Made by a program: the position numbers and the translations under genes. Shown here piece by piece: positions 44,079 to 46,520 of a DNA stretch of 46,520 bases. Source of the DNA: Macrostomum lignano (taxonomy: Eukaryota); contig NIVC01004425.1 of the NCBI GenBank assembly GCA_002269645.1, positions 1 through 46,520 on the forward strand. The letters are read 5' to 3'. Below the pieces are notes generated by a model that searched no databases, had not been told where the DNA came from, and saw nothing but the letters and a program-made list of their open reading frames with translations. Position 1 is the stretch's first letter. Each line of letters starts with the position of its first letter.

Positions 44079-44790
44079 CACCATTTTAAGCTTGAGAAAC
44101 TTTTGGCACACCCACTACTATAATTTTTCTTTTACAAAACTACATGCACATTGTAGGCCTAACATTAACAACAATGAGAGTTTAAAAAATTCCATTTTTA
44201 TTTACAATAGTAATAGTACTTTTCCAAATATAAAGTTTTAAAATTTGTTAGTACCTATTAATATTTTTGATTATTCAAAGATGTTATAGAAAGTTTTTGT
44301 TTAACTAAAGAACATTTTTGAAAATTTAGAAAATGTGCAGTTTCTAAATGCAATTTAACTTGATGTGATAGATTTTTGCAATGTAAATTTGGCATTGTTT
44401 GGAATCTGCGCGCAACAGCAAAAGTCCTTGAATTGTCGCAACAGTTGCAAAAAAGGTCCTTTATTGTTGCAAGCGCAAATTTCAAAATGGTCCTTTCCTT
44501 AGACACTAAATCTTTGATTGATACTTCTAAATCTTCTTAGTTAGATACCAAATCTTCGAAATAAAAGATGCATAGCCATAGGCCTAGTTAAGTAGACGAA
44601 AATTACTAGACTAATTGCAAAAAAAAATTCTAAACACTTATTTATGGCGAAACGGTCTAAAAAGGAAAGATGTCCTTGGCAGGAATGGTTTAGTTTGGGG
44701 CGAAACAGCCAGAATTATGCATTACCAGTAAAAATACAGCAATACTGCAAAATAATTTAGCTAATAGTAGCAGAAAAAACAGGAGCTTAC

Positions 44791-44793
44791 CAT
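44791..44793 (-). CDS. EEF2: Probable eEF2 exon 1 coding part (ATG only), giving a ~7.0-kb first intron
   Basis: Exon 2 starts at codon 2 directly after an AG. The best upstream ATG|GT site I found is CCTAAAAATG|GTAAGC, with a pyrimidine run (TTCTCCTTTT) ~90 nt further upstream. Confidence 0.55.
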
Positions 44794-44880
44794 TTTTAGG
44801 CTGCTTCCAGTTCCAACTGCGATACAAATACTTTAAACACTAATAAACTCACACTACTATCGTATCTATGAAAAGTCAGT

Positions 44881-44890
44881 AAAAGGAGAA
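44881..44890 (-). promoter_or_regulatory. Candidate 5'TOP/TCT-like transcription start of eEF2
   Basis: TTCTCCTTTT on the minus strand. eEF2 and snoRNA host genes are classically 5'TOP genes. Confidence 0.4.
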
Positions 44891-45132
44891 CGTTTTTGAA
44901 ATTGTTGTTGCATATAGAACTTTTCTAACAGTTACAGTAAAACAAAGACTATTTTTAAAAAGCTTTGCTGAAGCAGAATGTTTTTGCGTTTATTGTATTT
45001 ATCTATTTATTTAAATATAATTTTTTATTAAAATGTTAAATGTACTCGTGTAACGACTAATAAAAAATGCATTTGGTAGGAGTATGGCTTTAGATTTTTT
45101 GTCTAATTATTTAAGTCAATTAAATTTCGACT

Positions 45133-45187
45133 TAATCCGCACTGCGGATTAGCATCACGCGCGGTACTGTCAGCCAATACTGACTCA
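45133..45187. promoter_or_regulatory. Candidate bidirectional promoter motifs: palindrome TAATCCGCA-C-TGCGGATTA, CCAAT and TGACTCA
   Basis: Locally GC/CpG-richer cluster between the putative eEF2 start and a divergent plus-strand exon. Confidence 0.35.
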
Positions 45188-45889
45188 GTAGAGAATTGTT
45201 GTTTCAAATACTGTTACAAATATGGATGTGAGATACAAAGAATTCAGACAGTTTATTTCTGGGTTTTTTTCTAAATCACTAATATTTTTTACTTTATTCT
45301 GCTAGCACTCATACACCAAATATGACATATTTTTAATTTCTTTGTTGTTGTATCTCAAGTTTAATCAGTCTAACTAGTTTATCGATCAAACTGCCAGTTT
45401 TTAGATAGCCATAATTTTCAGTCACCCTAAATTCATAAAATGATATACGAGTGGTACATAAATTATGTTCCTATTAGATTAGAGAAAGGAGTTACAATAA
45501 AATTGCAGTATTTTATTCTATTTTTTACAGACAGCCTACTTATCACATTTACCCTAACAGCTCTATTTTTCTTCAACAATTGGATAAATTATCAATTAGT
45601 TTTCTACTAAACGCTTACGCTACCATGATAATTGAAATCACTATGGTCAAGTTAGGAAACAATTTTACTTAGTCACCGACAATATAACTATTGCACATGA
45701 GAAGAAGAAGAAGAAAAGCATAATTTCAATTTCATTTAATTCAATGATATGCATTTTTTGAAACTTTAACTCAAAACTAATAAATAGAGTTCAACCCCCC
45801 TTTTGCAGAAGCAGTTAAAAGAAATTCATTGATAGCAGCAGTTATTACTAATTGCAATGTCTGCTTTTATCTAAAGAATCGTCTCTTAG

Positions 45890-46046
45890 AAGTACTTGTC
45901 GTAGTTGGCGCCGATGACAGCAGCAGTCTCCGGCCTCGGCCAGGCGGCGGCGCTGGCAGCGGTCCAAACAAGCTGCTGACCAGCATCGCCTACGAGCCTT
46001 GTTTCCTAGCAACTGTCAACGAATCTAAGGCGGTTTTCCCAAACAA
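45890..46046 (+). CDS. Probable internal exon of an unidentified divergent gene (..VLVVVGADDSSSLRPRPGGGAGSGPNKLLTSIAYEPCFLATVNESKAVFPN..)
   Basis: GC-rich open segment bounded by TCTCTTAG| and |GTTAGT inside AT-rich DNA. The reading frame and partner exons are not established. Confidence 0.5.
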
Positions 46047-46138
46047 GTTAGTATTTGTGTTTTAGCGTGCTTTTCCATAGATTATTGATCGTCAGCTTTA
46101 ATAATTCTGAACTTCTAATTGTCAATAGCTTGAAAACA

Positions 46139-46446
46139 GGGGGTTGTAGGTTGTAGCCTAGTGGTTAGAGCGTCGGACTCACGACTAAAAGGTCGGGGGT
46201 TCGATCTCGACCCACTCAGAACAATTTGTGTCCTGGAGCAAGACACTTAACTCTGCATTGCTTCAGTTCACCAGCGGTAAATGGGTGCCAGCACTAGCTC
46301 GGGTAATTGAGGGTGCGTGGCGACCCCCAGTCCTTGGACTGAACAGCCGTACGCAGCCTTCAGATGCGCCGCGCAATAGCTGCGGCTGAGCTGTCGGTTG
46401 CACATCTGTCTATTTGTGTAGGTATAATCAATTATTATTATTAATA
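46139..46446 (+). mobile_element. Full-length tRNA-derived SINE with a CORE-like segment and (ATT)n tail
   Basis: A box TAGCCTAGTGG (46154-46164), B box GGTTCGATCTC (46198-46208), TGTGTCCTGGAGCAAGACACTTAAC...GTAAATGGG, ATTATTATTATT tail, near-TSD TTGAAAACA / TTGAAACA. Confidence 0.85.
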
Positions 46447-46520
46447 TTGAAACAACAATAGCTCGGACGAAACACATAACTACAATGAAAACCGGCCATC
46501 ACTTGAAATTCGCAAAAATT

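Noticed and set aside
46139-46215. tRNA gene (CT-CAC-GA loop, A and B boxes)
   Set aside because: The anticodon and acceptor stems do not pair, and it continues into a CORE-like body with an (ATT)n tail and TSD, so it is a SINE head.

Overview
Eukaryotic (invertebrate-animal-like) genomic DNA: spliceosomal introns, (TTAGGG)n tracts, GC3-rich exons in AT-rich non-coding DNA. The species cannot be determined from the sequence alone. (1) Bases 1-29213 are a head-to-tail array of about 12 composite 1.5-3.9 kb units that read on the minus strand as non-autonomous Helitron-like elements (5' TC-TATA..(TGTC)n start, 3' GC hairpin plus CTCG end). Units carry interstitial telomeric repeats, a 30-bp minisatellite, long CT-rich tracts and ATTGCGCAAT palindromes. 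One unit contains an intact intronless 143-aa coiled-coil gene facing a decayed inverted copy of itself, a candidate hairpin-RNA arrangement. (2) 29214-33278 is intergenic and includes a 43-bp minisatellite. (3) 33279-37749 is an intact eEF2 gene on the minus strand, with a probable ATG-only exon 1 at 44791-44793. Its introns hold four box C/D snoRNA candidates (three paralogues sharing one guide, one with a 14-nt 28S guide), one H/ACA candidate, a tRNA-derived SINE, a 22-bp minisatellite and three TIR/TSD-bounded non-autonomous DNA transposons. (4) 44881-46520 contains a probable bidirectional promoter, one exon of a divergent gene and a full-length SINE. All alignments, counts and folds were made by eye; no database searches were run.
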